From the NCBI GenBank assembly GCA_964016885.1, contig OZ024747.1, positions 86,924,001 through 86,988,000 of the forward strand: DNA of 64,000 nucleotides, in the 5' to 3' direction. Shown here piece by piece: positions 46,602 to 59,732 of the stretch (positions within the stretch are counted from its first letter, which is position 1; each line of letters opens with the position of its first letter). The notes below the pieces were generated by a model. The model was not told the DNA's origin. It did no database searches and saw only the letters and a list, made by a program, of their open reading frames with translations. Both the position numbers and the translations under genes were made by a program. The DNA is from Eledone cirrhosa. Taxonomy: Eukaryota.

Positions 46602-49600
46602 TCAGGATTTGGGCACCATGGCCCATTCGAGAAGAGAATTACTGTTTGCGGAGACATATCCGGGTGTGGGTGGTTTGTCCGGGATTACTTGGAGGAATTT
46701 GTCCAAAGACTTCTTGAATTTTGTGTGGTCAGTTTCTGTTTTGACGTGTCCTGGTGTGATGTTGAAGAGAGCAGGGCCGATTGAGGTGAAATAATTGTGC
46801 CGTATTGTTGTTATGAGTTGCGATTTAGATTTTTGAATGGGACGGATAGCACGGGGCCCAAGCCTTGGGTGTATCTTGAAGGCGATGCCAACATCATTTG
46901 GGCAGTGATGATGGAACATTTTCCACATCATGCAGATAATATAACGCTCACGGCGACGTTGGAGTGAGTAAAGTTTCAGGTTTTCTAATCGACCCCAGTA
47001 GTCAAGGTCTGACATGCCATCTATCTTTTTCGTGATTGCCCTTTGAGGAGCTTCAAGTTTCATGATACTTTGTTTCGTGTGGGGAGACCACAGTGGACAA
47101 CAGTATTCAAGGTGTGGTCGGGCGAAAGTAGAGAAGAGAAGGATAATGGTGCGGGAATCTCTCGACTGGAAGGTTCTGAGGATCCAGGAACACATTCTGC
47201 GGGCCATGTCAACTTTGTTGCTTATATGCGTGGTCCAGCTTATGTTGCTGTCCACGGTTACTCCCAAGTCTCTGATGTTGTTAGATGCCACGAGAGTTTC
47301 CCCGGAGGGAAGGGAGTACGGGAGTTTCAGAGCATCCTCTTTTCCAAAGTGGATCAGTTCGAATTTGTCTTCGTTCAGTAACATGTTGTTCTTTTCTGCC
47401 CATTGGGTAACAGCCAGTAGGTCTGACTGAAGGCTTATCCGGTCATCCACGCCATTGATGACCTTTTGGAGCTTGGAATCATCAGCGAAAATTTTAATGT
47501 TGCTGTGTTTGATGATGTCAGTGATGTCATTAATATAGATGATGAAGAGAAGTGGGCCCAACACAGTGCCTTGTGGGACACCACTACTGACTTTGGCTGG
47601 GCTTGATTTGAGTCCCTCAACTACAACATGTTGGGTTCTGTTTGACAGGAAGCTCTTGATCCACTGCAGCAGTTTCCAGTGACACAAATATTGGACAGCT
47701 TTCTCAGTAGAATGTTATGATCAACCCTGTCAAAGGCCTTGCTGAAATCAAGGTAGATAACATCAGTGTTGGAACCCTCTCCCAAGGCTCTCAAAATGTC
47801 ATCAAAGTGATGCAGTAGCTGCGTCAGGCAATCCCTTCCATTACGGAATCCATGCTGGTTGGAGTTCAGCATATTGTTACTCTCAAGGAAGTGGGTCATT
47901 CGCGATCTCACCACTCGCTCAAATACCTTAATGATATGAGAGGTGAGTGAGATTGGACGGTAATTCACGGCAAGGGATTTGTTTCCCTTTTTGAAAACTG
48001 GGACAACAGACTGGGATAGGTTTTCTGGCACATATCCAGCATCCAGTGAGTTCCGCCACAGATTGGCAAGAGGAGATGCAAGTTGGTGTTGACACGCCTT
48101 CAAGACACAAGCAGGGAACCTATCGGGACCTACTGCTGAATTATGCTTGATTTCCTTTATTGCCGCCAAGACATCAGGGGCGCCAAACGTTATGTCCGAT
48201 AAGGTGTAATGGGGAGTAACATCGCCGATACAGCCCAGATCGGCCATATCAGGATTGCTGAAAACAGAGCAGTATTGTTTCTGCAGTATCTCACCCATGG
48301 TTTTAGCATTGTCTTGAAGATTGCCATTTTCATCAATTAGAGGGCCAACAGTAGAGCCAGTGATTTTGTGTTTTTTTGCAAATGAAAAGAACACTTTGGG
48401 ATTGAGTTTGATCTTCTCAATGGCCCAGGCCTCTTCAGCTCTTCTCTGATTGTTGATGAGGGACATTATGTTGTTTTGGAGGTTATGTTTTTTAATCTCT
48501 AGTGATGAAATGGCAGTCAAGTTGATGTGTTGCTGCTGACAGTATTTCAGCTTGTTGATTTTTTTGTTTGTTCTCTTAATTTTTCTGATGAGCGTTTTTC
48601 TATTTCTAGGGATTCTGCTCTTAGATTTGTTTATAGTTCTTAATGGGGTGTGTTTAGCACATATGTTTGTAACAGTGTCCACAAATGTCTGCCGGGACTT
48701 TTTGATGTTAGTGGGTGTATGAGTGTGCGTGAAGGACCAGTCGACATGTGCAAGATCATGACTGATCGCTTCCCAGTTTGCATTGTGGAAATCCATAGCG
48801 TCAAACGGATGGACAGGAGAGATGACATTGGGTTTGTATATTGGACGGTGGAATCTCAGATCACAGAGAACCATGTCATGATCAGAGAGTAGAGTTTTCT
48901 CCACTGCAATATTGTGGATATTGTCAGTGTGATTGCTGAAAATTAAGTCTAGGACGTTTTTGTGGCACCTCGTTGGTTCGAGCACCAGTTGGGATAGGAA
49001 GAAATCATCCATGAAGTCAAGAAGCGATTCCACAGCTTCCCTGTCAGAGGTTGAGGCAGAAGAACCTGGTGGCAGGCTGTTTGTGGACCAGTCAACTCCG
49101 GGGAGGTTGAAGTCCCCCATCATTAAGATGTTGTCAGGGTGACACTCTTGGATGAAACACTTTATGCTGGTGAGGCATTCCTTGAAGCATGGTACAGGCG
49201 TTTGGGGTGGCCTATAGAGCCCAACTACTAATAGGTTGTTGGTTTGACTGAATACAGTGACTGCTTCACAGTATCCATTAGTGAATATGTTCATAGCCTC
49301 TATTGAGAAAGAATTATGGACATAAATGGCAATTCCGCCCTTTCTTCTGCCAGCGCGATCAGCACGGATGGCTTTGAAATTTTTCACTTTCACCTCGGCT
49401 TCCAAGTGGAGGTTACTGAGATGGGTTTCAGTGAGGACGAAGAAAGGGATGTGGTTTGGATGGACATCAATCCAGTCCTCCAGGAATTTGATCTTCCATT
49501 TTTGAGTATTGGTGGAAGGGCTGATGCCTTGGGCGTTAAGCAAAAATGTAGAGGCGAGAGTGGATGGTTTTAATTGTTTTGGTGTGTTGTTAATTTGTTT

Positions 49601-49633
49601 GTTTGTTAATGGCAGCAATGGGAGTTTGTGCAT
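46602..49633 (-). pseudogene. LINE ORF2: apurinic-like endonuclease + reverse transcriptase, frameshift near 47690
   Basis: LTETHL, GLYRPP, MGDFN, LDLIF, SDH; YRPISLTS, QHGF, YLDFSKAFD, GVPQGTVLGP, FADD. Confidence 0.93.
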
Positions 49634-50338
49634 TGGGGTGATTGTGGAGGGTGGTGCTGGGTGATAGCTCGAATGTTTTTTCCAGTTCTTTTGCCAGATT
49701 CATTATGGCTAAAAAAGAGGAAGAAGTTTCCTGTTTAGAAGACTGTTGGTGACTGTGGTAGTGGTTATTTTTATGTAGGTTATGGTTTTTGTTTTTGCTT
49801 TTATTTTTAATTTTATTTTCATTTGTCCGACGGGTCCCCGGGAGATGGGTAAAGGGACAATCCCGGTCTAAACACAATCTGTCTCGCAGGGAAAAACGGC
49901 AGATTTGTGGATTCCTTGTTTGAGTTATTGGTGGTTGTGTTGGTGTTAAATTAGAGTATGTATTATGGTGGTGGCTGTTTGTGGGGATAGATCGTTTTGT
50001 CCTAGGTAAATGGGTGAATTTGCAGCCACTATCCGTACATATTCTATAGCGTAGAGAGTAGCGGCAAATGATGGGGTTTCGAGTGGGTGGGTATGTGGGT
50101 GTGTGTGTTGTGAGATGTGTAGATGATGGTTTGGGTAGGATTTGACGACCTTTGTGGACTGTGGGAGGGAGAGTTCTCGTTCTGGTATTAGAAGGTAAAT
50201 TCCTTGACATAGCAGTAGACAAAAATGTTGTAGTAGTAGTAGTAGGCAGAGATGTTGGCAGTGGTGATGGTTGGACTGCTGGGCCAGAGAAAGGATGTGG
50301 CGTTTCATGCTGTGAGACAGAGGCTACTGGGGGGTCAA
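49590..50338 (-). CDS. LINE ORF1 remnant with two CCCH-type zinc fingers
   Basis: [19 protein letters not shown] and [19 protein letters not shown] (C-x8-C-x4-C-x3-H); overlaps the start of ORF2. Confidence 0.65.
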
Positions 50339-50457
50339 TATATATATATTCATATATATATATATTCATATATATATATTCATATATATATATATTCATA
50401 TATATATATATTCATATATATATATATATGTATATATATATTCATATATATATATAT

Positions 50458-50562
50458 TGTCACAAGTGTAGTGTTTGTACCAGAGTTTTCACGTCGCTGG
50501 CTGGACTAAAAAGTCACAATCGTTCAGCGCATAGGTGGGGGTTCTCCTACACGGATATAAAG
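50458..50562 (+). pseudogene. C2H2 zinc-finger-coding fragment, probably the 3' end of an RTE-type LINE
   Basis: [22 protein letters not shown], embedded in (TA)n. Confidence 0.45.
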
Positions 50563-50593
50563 TAGTTGCTGTGCTCAAAAGCGAGTATATATG

Positions 50594-50690
<97 letters not shown>

Positions 50691-50701
50691 GTATATATAT
50701 G

Positions 50702-50877
<176 letters not shown>

Positions 50878-51278
50878 CATTATGAAGAGAGAAGAAACAT
50901 TTAGATATAATTAGTAATAAAATGTATCATACCTAAACTGCTCCTCAGTTGGGTGCGGATGCATTCATGTATATATGTGTGTGTCCGCATGTATCTGTGT
51001 GTTTCTAAATATATTAATAACTCCCTCTGGTCGAGCAATCTTTGAGGTGTGGGGACAACTGGAAAGCTTCCATTACTCATACTTCTCGCCTTCTTCACTA
51101 CCTCTTCTACGGCCTCGATATGAATACCCCCTCCGCCTCCGTGGTATTTTCTTCGTGGTTATAAGAGGCTTAGCTCTGTTTCTCGACCGTTATATCGCGT
51201 GACTATCTCCCCCTCCGCCTTTTGGGATTCTTTCTCACGTCGTGTAGACGCGTTCTTGAGACTAGTAAAATGAGGTAT

Positions 51279-51364
51279 CCTCTTGATAAGTTGGCAGACC
51301 TCGCAAGGACTCTATATCTTTGATATATTGTTTTTGTTTATGCCACGAAACTACGTAGTCGAGG
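51279..51364 (+). ncRNA. Type I hammerhead motif, U3-A8 core, GUC site after 51360
   Basis: CCTC-TTGATAA-GTTGGCA..TGCCAC-GAAAC-TACGTA-GTC-GAGG. Confidence 0.75.
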
Positions 51365-51869
51365 AATTTAGGAGCAGTTTAGGTATGATACATTTTATTA
51401 CTAATTATATCTAAATGTTTCTTCTCTCTTCATAATGTATTTTTAACTCTGATACTGGTTCAGTCTGGTTCAAACTGAATTGGTCTGTCCCAGTCATTCA
51501 TTGAGCAACATCGGTGAAGTTGGCACCCTTAACTCACAGTTGGGTGCGGATGCATTCATGTATATATGTGTGTGTCCGCATGTATCTGTGTGTTTCTAAA
51601 TATATTAATAACTCCCTCTGGTCGAGCAATCTTTGAGGTGTGGGGACAACTGGAAAGCTTCCATTACTCATACTTCTCGCCTTCTTCACTACCTCTTCTA
51701 CGGCCTCGATATGAATACCCCCTCCGCCTCCGTGGTATTTTCTTCGTGGTTATAAGAGGCTTAGCTCTGTTTCTCGACCGTTATATCGCGTGACTATCTC
51801 CCCCTCCGCCTTTTGGGATTCTTTCTCACGTCGTGTAGACGCGTTCTTGAGACTAGTAAAATGAGGTAT

Positions 51870-51955
51870 CCTCTTGATAAGTTGGCAGACCTCGCAAGGA
51901 CTCTATATCTTTGATATATTGTTTTTGTTTATGCCACGAAACTACGTAGTCGAGG
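51870..51955 (+). ncRNA. Second tandem copy of the same hammerhead; GUC site after 51951
   Basis: Identical to 51279-51364, offset by 591. Confidence 0.75.
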
Positions 51956-52190
51956 AATTTAGGAGCAGTTTAGGTATGATACATTTTATTACTAATTATA
52001 TCTAAATGTTTCTTCTCTCTTCATAATGTATTTTTAACTCTGATACTGGTTCAGTCTGGTTCAAACTGAATTGGTCTGTCCCAGTCATTCATTGAGCAAC
52101 ATCGGTGAAGTTGGCACCCTTAACTCACAGTTGGGTGCGGATGCATTCATGTATATATGTGTGTGTCCGCATGTATCTGTGTGTTTCTAA

Positions 52191-52219
<29 letters not shown>

Positions 52220-52221
<2 letters not shown>

Positions 52222-52455
52222 GTTTAGCGAGGTTTTATATGAAATCGTGTGTCGAAACAAATATTTTTATACTTGGGTAGGGTCATATTTGTGTAATATT
52301 GCCAGAACTAATAACAGAACACACTCACTGTTTGGTTGGTTTTCGCTTCTCGCTGTCTTTTATATCTGTAATCTAACTTACTCGGTCCTCAATGTTGCCA
52401 TTGACTGACCGACGGTCAAAAATAATACAGATACAATATAGACACAAACACGTAT
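52220..52455 (-). mobile_element. Solo 3' end (pLTR) of the 17.4-21.1 kb PLE family
   Basis: Matches 17365-17540 and 52669-52910. Confidence 0.8.
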
Positions 52456-52591
52456 CAGAACAAAAAGGTGACGTGGTTGCCTTAACACCGTACGGCATAA
52501 ATTCAGGCTGTTCGTTTGTTTACAAACGGACAAGCGGGCGTTATAATAAACCTCCGCTAAACTGATACGTACATATATGTATGTGTACCTG

Positions 52592-52658
<67 letters not shown>

Positions 52659-53238
52659 CGGCGAGGAATTAGTTTTGCGAGGTTTTTTATATGAAATCGT
52701 GTGTCGAAACAGATATTGTTATATTTGGGGAGGGTCATATTTGCGTTATATTGCCAGAATTAATAACAGAACACACTCACTGTTTGGTTAGTTTTCGCTT
52801 CTCGCTGTCTTTTATATATATATATCTGCGATCTAACTTACTCGGTCCTCAATGTTGCCATTGACTGACCGGCGGTCAAAAATAATACAGATACAATATA
52901 GACACAAACACATATATATAGTTTACATAATTTACATAAATATTTCGTTGCACATCTGCAACATCGTCAGTGGTGTTCTATTCATTGTTCCTCCTGTTGT
53001 GTTGTATGTCTACGCCATTTTTTTTGTTCAGTCTGTCTATATATTTATTTATTTATTTGCTTGTTTGTTTATCTTATTTTATTTTGTCTTCTTTGCGCAT
53101 GCGTTTGCGTGTGTGTATAGTGTTATGTGTGATGTGTGACTAGTCTGTATAGTGTTGTGTCTGCTGGGTGACTAGTGTGTGTTTATGTGCTTGTGTATGT
53201 ATTTATTTATCTTATTTTATTTAATTTTATTTACTTAT

Positions 53239-54197
53239 TTATACTTCTCTTAGGTCAGTGTTGTTTGTTTGGGTGTTGTTGTTGTTCCACTCATTCTTTC
53301 TGTTTAGCTTTGGTCTTCTAATTTCTATTTCACTGGCCTCTCTGATTTGCCTATCTGCTGGGTCATTCCTATGTTTAGATATTATTCTAATTTCTATGTT
53401 GGCTATGTTACCGTCATGTTGTTGTCTAGCATGTTCGTATAGTACTGACCCGTTTTTTCGTCCTTTTAGTTCCCCCCAGTGTTGGTCTATCCTTTCACCT
53501 ATGCTACGAGCTGTCTCACCTATGTATGTTGTTGTCATGTTTCTGCAAGTACCCTCTGTACATCTTATGCTATAGACTACGTTTCTAGTTTTACAGTTTA
53601 TCCGGGGGTTCACCTTACATATGATACATTTCCTATTGGTATAGTGGGTTTTCTTAAAAGGGTAGGTTTTGCTGATCAGGGATTTTATGGTGGTTCCTGG
53701 CTTTTCTACCACCTTTATTTTTAAGTGGGTCTTTCTCAGGGCCTTTCTACACTGGTTAGCTAATTTCCCTCCAGGGGTGGCGTCCACAAACATGACACTC
53801 TGATATCTCTGGTTGTCGTACCATGATGTGGCCTTCCCTATCTTATGTCTAGCCCTATCTAAGCTATTCCATGATTTGCTCCTGTATAGTGGGCAAATTC
53901 CTTTCATGTCCAGTTCTATGAGGGTCTTATACTTTTCCATGGCTCCTTCGTATACTCTGACTCTGTCTCTTTGGTTGTAGCCAGAGAACTGCATGCGGTT
54001 GATGAAGTGTTGGATGTGTCCTTCCATTTCTGTTGGGTCGCACATGCTGGACACATTCTTCATCACTCGTACCAAATCTGCGATCAGAATATTAAACTTA
54101 GCACTACTGGACATTGCTGAGTTTTTGAGTATCAGGTATTTGGAGGCCATGGGTTTAGCATAGTGTGAGTGGAGAATTTGGGCTCTCTCGTCTATAG
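53239..54197 (-). pseudogene. 5'-truncated PLE thumb + GIY-YIG (left arm)
   Basis: Nearly identical to the ORF at 17877-18788. Confidence 0.9.
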
Positions 54198-55273
54198 AAA
54201 GCATCCAGCAGATAGCTAATTCCATACACCAGAGTATAACTGTAACTATAGACTTCCCTTCCAAACACCCTAACAATAGACTACCTGTATTAGACACAGA
54301 ACTCTGGATTAACACTATAGACGAGAGAGCCCAAATTCTCCACTCACACTATGCTAAACCCATGGCCTCCAAATACCTGATACTCAAAAACTCAGCAATG
54401 TCCAGTAGTGCTAAGTTTAATATTCTGATCGCAGATTTGGTACGAGTGATGAAGAATGTGTCCAGCATGTGCGACCCAACAGAAATGGAAGGACACATCC
54501 AACACTTCATCAACCGCATGCAGTTCTCTGGCTACAACCAAAGAGACAGAGTCAGAGTATACGAAGGAGCCATGGAAAAGTATAAGACCCTCATAGAACT
54601 GGACATGAAAGGAATTTGCCCACTATACAGGAGCAAATCATGGAATAGCTTAGATAGGGCTAGACATAAGATAGGGAAGGCCACATCATGGTACGACAAC
54701 CAGAGATATCAGAGTGTCATGTTTGTGGACGCCACCCCTGGAGGGAAATTAGCTAACCAGTGTAGAAAGGCCCTGAGAAAGACCCACTTAAAAATAAAGG
54801 TGGTAGAAAAGCCAGGAACCACCATAAAATCCCTGATCAGCAAAACCTACCCTTTTAAGAAAACCCACTGTACCAATACGAAATGTATCATATGTAAGGT
54901 GAACCCCCGGATAAACTGTAAAACTAGAAACGTAGTCTATAGCATAAGATGTACAGAGGGTACTTGCAGAAACATGACAACAACATACATAGGTGAGACA
55001 GCTCGTAGCATAGGTGAAAGGATAGACCAACACTGGGGGGAACTAAAAGGACGAAAAAACGGGTCAGTACTATACGAACATGCTAGACAACAACATGACG
55101 GTAACATAGACAACATAGAAATTAGAATAATATCTAAACATAGGAATGACCCAGCAGATAGGCAAATCAGAGAGGCCAGTGAAATAGAAATTAGAAGACC
55201 AAAGCTAAACAGAAAGAATGAGTGGAACAACAACAACACCCAAACAAACAACACTGACCTAAGAGAAGTATAA
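54197..55273 (+). pseudogene. 5'-truncated PLE thumb + GIY-YIG (spacer plus right arm), open frame
   Basis: ESIQQIANSIHQSITVTIDFP..LPVLD..YIGETAR; lacks the RT catalytic YVDD. Confidence 0.9.
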
Positions 55274-55791
55274 ATAAGTAAATAAAATTAAATAAAATAA
55301 GATAAATAAATACATACACAAGCACATAAACACACACTAGTCACCCAGCAGACACAACACTATACAGACTAGTCACACATCACACATAACACTATACACA
55401 CACGCAAACGCATGCGCAAAGAAGACAAAATAAAATAAGATAAACAAACAAGCAAATAAATAAATAAATATATAGACAGACTGAACAAAAAAAATGGCGT
55501 AGACATACAACACAACAGGAGGAACAATGAATAGAACACCACTGACGATGTTGCAGATGTGCAACGAAAGATTTATGTAAATTATGTAAACTATATATAT
55601 GTGTTTGTGTCTATATTGTATCTGTATTATTTTTGACCGCCGGTCAGTCAATGGCAACATTGAGGACCGAGTAAGTTAGATCGCAGATATATATATATAA
55701 AAGACAGCGAGAAGCGAAAACCAACCAAACAGTGAGTGTGTTCTGTTATTAATTCTGGCAATATAACGCAAATATGACCCTCCCCAAATAT

Positions 55792-55832
<41 letters not shown>

Positions 55833-55902
55833 TGCTACTGTACGTCTGTATACATATATGTATGTACGTGTACATACATACTTACATATATATATATAAT
55901 GT

Positions 55903-56170
55903 ATAATAAACAATACAATATAATTACCTCATTACCAGAAGTTTCCCGAATAAGACGAACACGAAAAACGTCCTCATTCGTTCGTCGGACAAGGCAATTT
56001 AAAACATTGTGAAATATTTGAAAAGTCTCCTCAAGAAAAAGAGGAGATTTTTCAAATATTTCACTATGTTTTACATTGCCTTGTCCGACGAACGAATGAG
56101 GACGTTTTTGGTATTCGTTTATTCGGGAAACCTCTGGTAATGAGGTAATTATATTGCATTGTTTATTATA
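55903..56170. repeat. Palindrome (~130-bp arms) with HHR motifs at 55927-55994 (-) and 56079-56145 (+)
   Basis: CCTTGT-CCGACGA-ACGAATG..TATTCGT..GAAAC-CTCTG-GTA-ATGAGG. Confidence 0.7.
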
Positions 56171-56246
56171 CATTAAATTTTGCTCTTGTACTTATATAGA
56201 GCACTCTTCACTCCTATGACTTTTTCAATTTTCAACGGAAACTTCA

Positions 56247-56278
<32 letters not shown>

Positions 56279-56412
56279 CCATAGATCTATATCCATATAT
56301 ATTTATATATATATATATATATATATGTAGGAGGTGAGTTTTATTGTAGTACAATAAAGCAATGCAGATATCGGACAAGAAGCACTCTACAGTTTGTAGG
56401 ACTGGAGTATAC

Positions 56413-56741
56413 ATAATATATAAGATCAAAAGATGGTTAAAGGAGTTCCATGTATTTTATTATGCGCATTTCAAAAACAAACATCATCATGCAATAATAT
56501 TTGTGTTTTCATCAGATAAAACAGGAGAACATGATATGAAGGCTAAAAAGCACTTGTGGATAGTGCAGTTGTGAATAGTGCATGTTGATTTAAAACTGCA
56601 CTATCCACAAGTGCTTTTTAGCCTTCATATCATGTTCTCCTGTTTTATCTGATGAAAACACAAATATTATTGCATGATGATGTTTGTTTTTGAAATGCGC
56701 ATAATAAAATACATGGAACTCCTTTAACCATCTTTTGATCT

Positions 56742-56751
<10 letters not shown>
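56413..56751. repeat. Near-perfect palindrome (158-bp arms) of an HHR-bearing pLTR fragment
   Basis: 56413-56570 is the reverse complement of 56594-56751. Confidence 0.9.
56643..56709 (+). ncRNA. Type I hammerhead motif; mirror copy at 56455-56521 (-)
   Basis: TTTTAT-CTGATGA-AAACACAAAT..GTTTGTTTTT-GAAAT-GCGC-ATA-ATAAAA. Confidence 0.8.
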
Positions 56752-56781
<30 letters not shown>

Positions 56782-56883
56782 ATACATATATATCCATATA
56801 TATATATGTATATATCCATACATATATATCCATATATATATATATATATATATATCCATAGATATATATATATATATATATAT

Positions 56884-56980
<97 letters not shown>

Positions 56981-57008
56981 ATAGATATATATCCATAGAT
57001 ATATATCC

Positions 57009-57040
<32 letters not shown>

Positions 57041-57240
57041 CCATAGATATATATCCATATATATATATATATATCCATAGATATATATCCATACATATAT
57101 ATCCATAGATATACATCCATATATATATATCCATATATATATATACATATATCCATATATATATATATATATCCATAGATATATATCCATATATATATCC
57201 ATAGATATATATCCATATATATATATATATATATATATAT

Positions 57241-57290
<50 letters not shown>

Positions 57291-57628
57291 TTTATCTGTG
57301 CCCTCTCTACCTATATATCTCTCTCTACATCCATTACACTCTCTCTCTCTCACCTTTGACCTACCTCCCTCTCAACATCTATGAACCTGCCCTCTGGGGC
57401 AATAAATAATACCGACCTCAACTATCTACGCATCTCTCCAAAAGTAAACAATAAAACCCCTACCATCACATTTTGATTAAGATATCTACAAACCACTCTC
57501 TCCTACTTCTCCAACCCCTGCATATCTTTCCTTCCCTCTCCTTCTTCCCTACTTTTCTCTCTTCCTGTTCCACTCTATCTTCCCCAACAACCCCACTTAA
57601 GGGTTTTTACATTGTACATTTACCATTC

Positions 57629-57740
57629 TGCTCTGAGGAAACAGTGGTCACAGCATTGGATATTCGAGTTCTGCAAATACTTGTGAATTTGCACGTAGCG
57701 GAACTAGGCTGCAGTACCACCGTGGAAACACTTGTAAGCA
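57629..57740 (+). ncRNA. Type I hammerhead motif with branched stem II
   Basis: TGCT-CTGAGGA-AACAGTGGT..ACCACCGTG-GAAAC-ACTT-GTA-AGCA, then AATAAA and (TA)n. Confidence 0.6.
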
Positions 57741-57787
57741 CACGGAATAAATTACCTTTTTACGATGTCTACCTGTTATTATTCATT

Positions 57788-57841
<54 letters not shown>

Positions 57842-57977
57842 ATATATATATCCATATATATATATGGATATACATATGGATATATATACATATGGATATA
57901 TATATATATCCATATATATATATATATATATATCCATATATATCTATATATCCATACTTATATATATATATATCCAT

Positions 57978-58265
57978 ATACAATATATTAACAAATGGAA
58001 ACTATATTTATAAAACCATATTTATTTCATTATACATATTTCAAGGGCCTCCAGAGCAAACTATGATGGGCTTTCTTCAGATAAAATATAATATAGGTTA
58101 GTTTTATAAATAAATATTGACATACCCTTAAAAAATGCAACCATTCTGGTTGGAATCTCCGGGATAGTGGAGTTATTAGATTTATTGTTGGTTTATTATA
58201 CAAATTAGTTTTGGAAAGGTTTAAAACAGTGTATTTAAATTAAACCGTTGGAATAGGGAAAAAAA
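57978..58265 (-). mobile_element. PLE pLTR fragment (family of 8873/15455) with HHR at 58024-58087
   Basis: ATTTTAT-CTGAAGA-AAGCCC..GGCCCTT-GAAAT-ATGT-ATA-ATGAAAT. Confidence 0.7.
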
Positions 58266-58286
58266 TATATCGATATATATATATAT

Positions 58287-58322
<36 letters not shown>

Positions 58323-58520
58323 TTATATATATATATATCCTTATATATATATCCTTATATATATATATATATCCATATATATATATATATATCCTTACAT
58401 ATATATTCTTATATATATATATCCATATATATATATATACATCCATATATATATATATATATATATCCATATATATATATATATATATATATATCCATAT
58501 ATATATATATATATATATAT

Positions 58521-58568
<48 letters not shown>

Positions 58569-58572
<4 letters not shown>

Positions 58573-59536
58573 ATTATCATATACATAAAATTAAATTAAA
58601 GATATATATATATATGTTGCAACTGTTCACTTTTAAGCTCAATGAAGAATTAATAAATTAAAATAAAAAAAAATAAAAAAATCAGAGCATTATATCATAA
58701 ATCATGTCTATAGAATCAATCAGATATTAAAATATATACTATTTCTTCCTCTAATTAGCATAATTAACCATATACAAAATCAAATCTAGCAAGCTTTAAG
58801 AATAAATTTTCTTACGGGGAAAGCTCTGACAAACAATTGATCGTAGCCTCTTCGCGGCAGCTCCGTTCCACTATTTATCAAAGATTTCGGCAGCATGCAT
58901 AATCCGATCAAATATACCATCAACCGCACATAATTAGTAGTAAAATTAAACCTAGAAGAAATGCGCACATACCGTAATTATATCTCTACCATGGTTTCTT
59001 CCTTATTTAGGACATCCAAATAATATGGAAATGCCCTGAGTTAGGTTTCATCAGGAGATAAACTCAGAATCAGACATTTATCTTCTCAAACCGACCGCGC
59101 CAAATTTAGATTAAAAAATGGCTAAGATCGCTATGTAGCTGTGTACCAGCCAGAGAGAAAGCGTGTGATTGGTTGCTTACGGCGGGTAGGCTTGCTGCTA
59201 AAAAGCGCAGCCATATATCGCCAAATTTAATCTCAACCAATTGGGAGATTATTAAATATAAAGGTTATCATATACATAAAATTAAATTAAAGATATATAT
59301 ATATGTTGCAACTGTTCACTTTTAAGCTCAATGAAGAATTAATAAATTAAAATCAAAAAATCAAAAAATCAGAGCATTATATCATAAATCATGTCTATAG
59401 AATCAATCAGATATTAAAATATATACTATTTCTTCCTCTAATTAGCATAATTAACCATATACAAAATCAAATCTAGCAAGCTTTAAGAATAAATTTTCTT
59501 ACGGGGAAATCTCTGACAAACAATTGATCGTAGCCT
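58569..59536 (-). mobile_element. Retrozyme-like ~690-bp unit, ~1.4 tandem copies
   Basis: 58569-58849 repeats at ~59261-59536; no ORF; HHR inside; (TA)n flanks. Confidence 0.75.
58981..59060 (-). ncRNA. Type I hammerhead ribozyme motif
   Basis: TATCTC-CTGATGA-[stem II incl. GGGCAT..ATGTCC]-GAAAC-CATG-GTA-GAGATA. Confidence 0.75.
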
Positions 59537-59556
59537 ATATATAATATATCCAATTA

Positions 59557-59589
<33 letters not shown>

Positions 59590-59647
59590 AATTATCTATA
59601 TATAAATATATCCATATATATATATGTGTGTGTGTATACAGTATGTG

Positions 59648-59732
<85 letters not shown>

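Larger units (their letters stand above)
46512..50338 (-). mobile_element. APE-type LINE (CR1/L2-group-like), 5'-truncated in ORF1
   Basis: ORF1 remnant plus ORF2; short 3' UTR ending in TTCAAAGTTA repeats; inserted in a TA-rich array. Confidence 0.9.
52713..55799. mobile_element. Fold-back (palindromic) PLE insertion: two 1485-bp arms, 117-bp spacer, 3' ends outward
   Basis: 52713-54197 is the reverse complement of 54315-55799. Confidence 0.92.

Noticed and set aside
50975-51793. Duplicated 75-aa ORFs in the 591-bp repeat
   Set aside because: No recognisable domain; the identity simply reflects the tandem repeat.
54198-54315. Novel N-terminus of the 358-aa ORF 53239-54315
   Set aside because: It is the antisense reading of the fold-back spacer fused in frame by chance.
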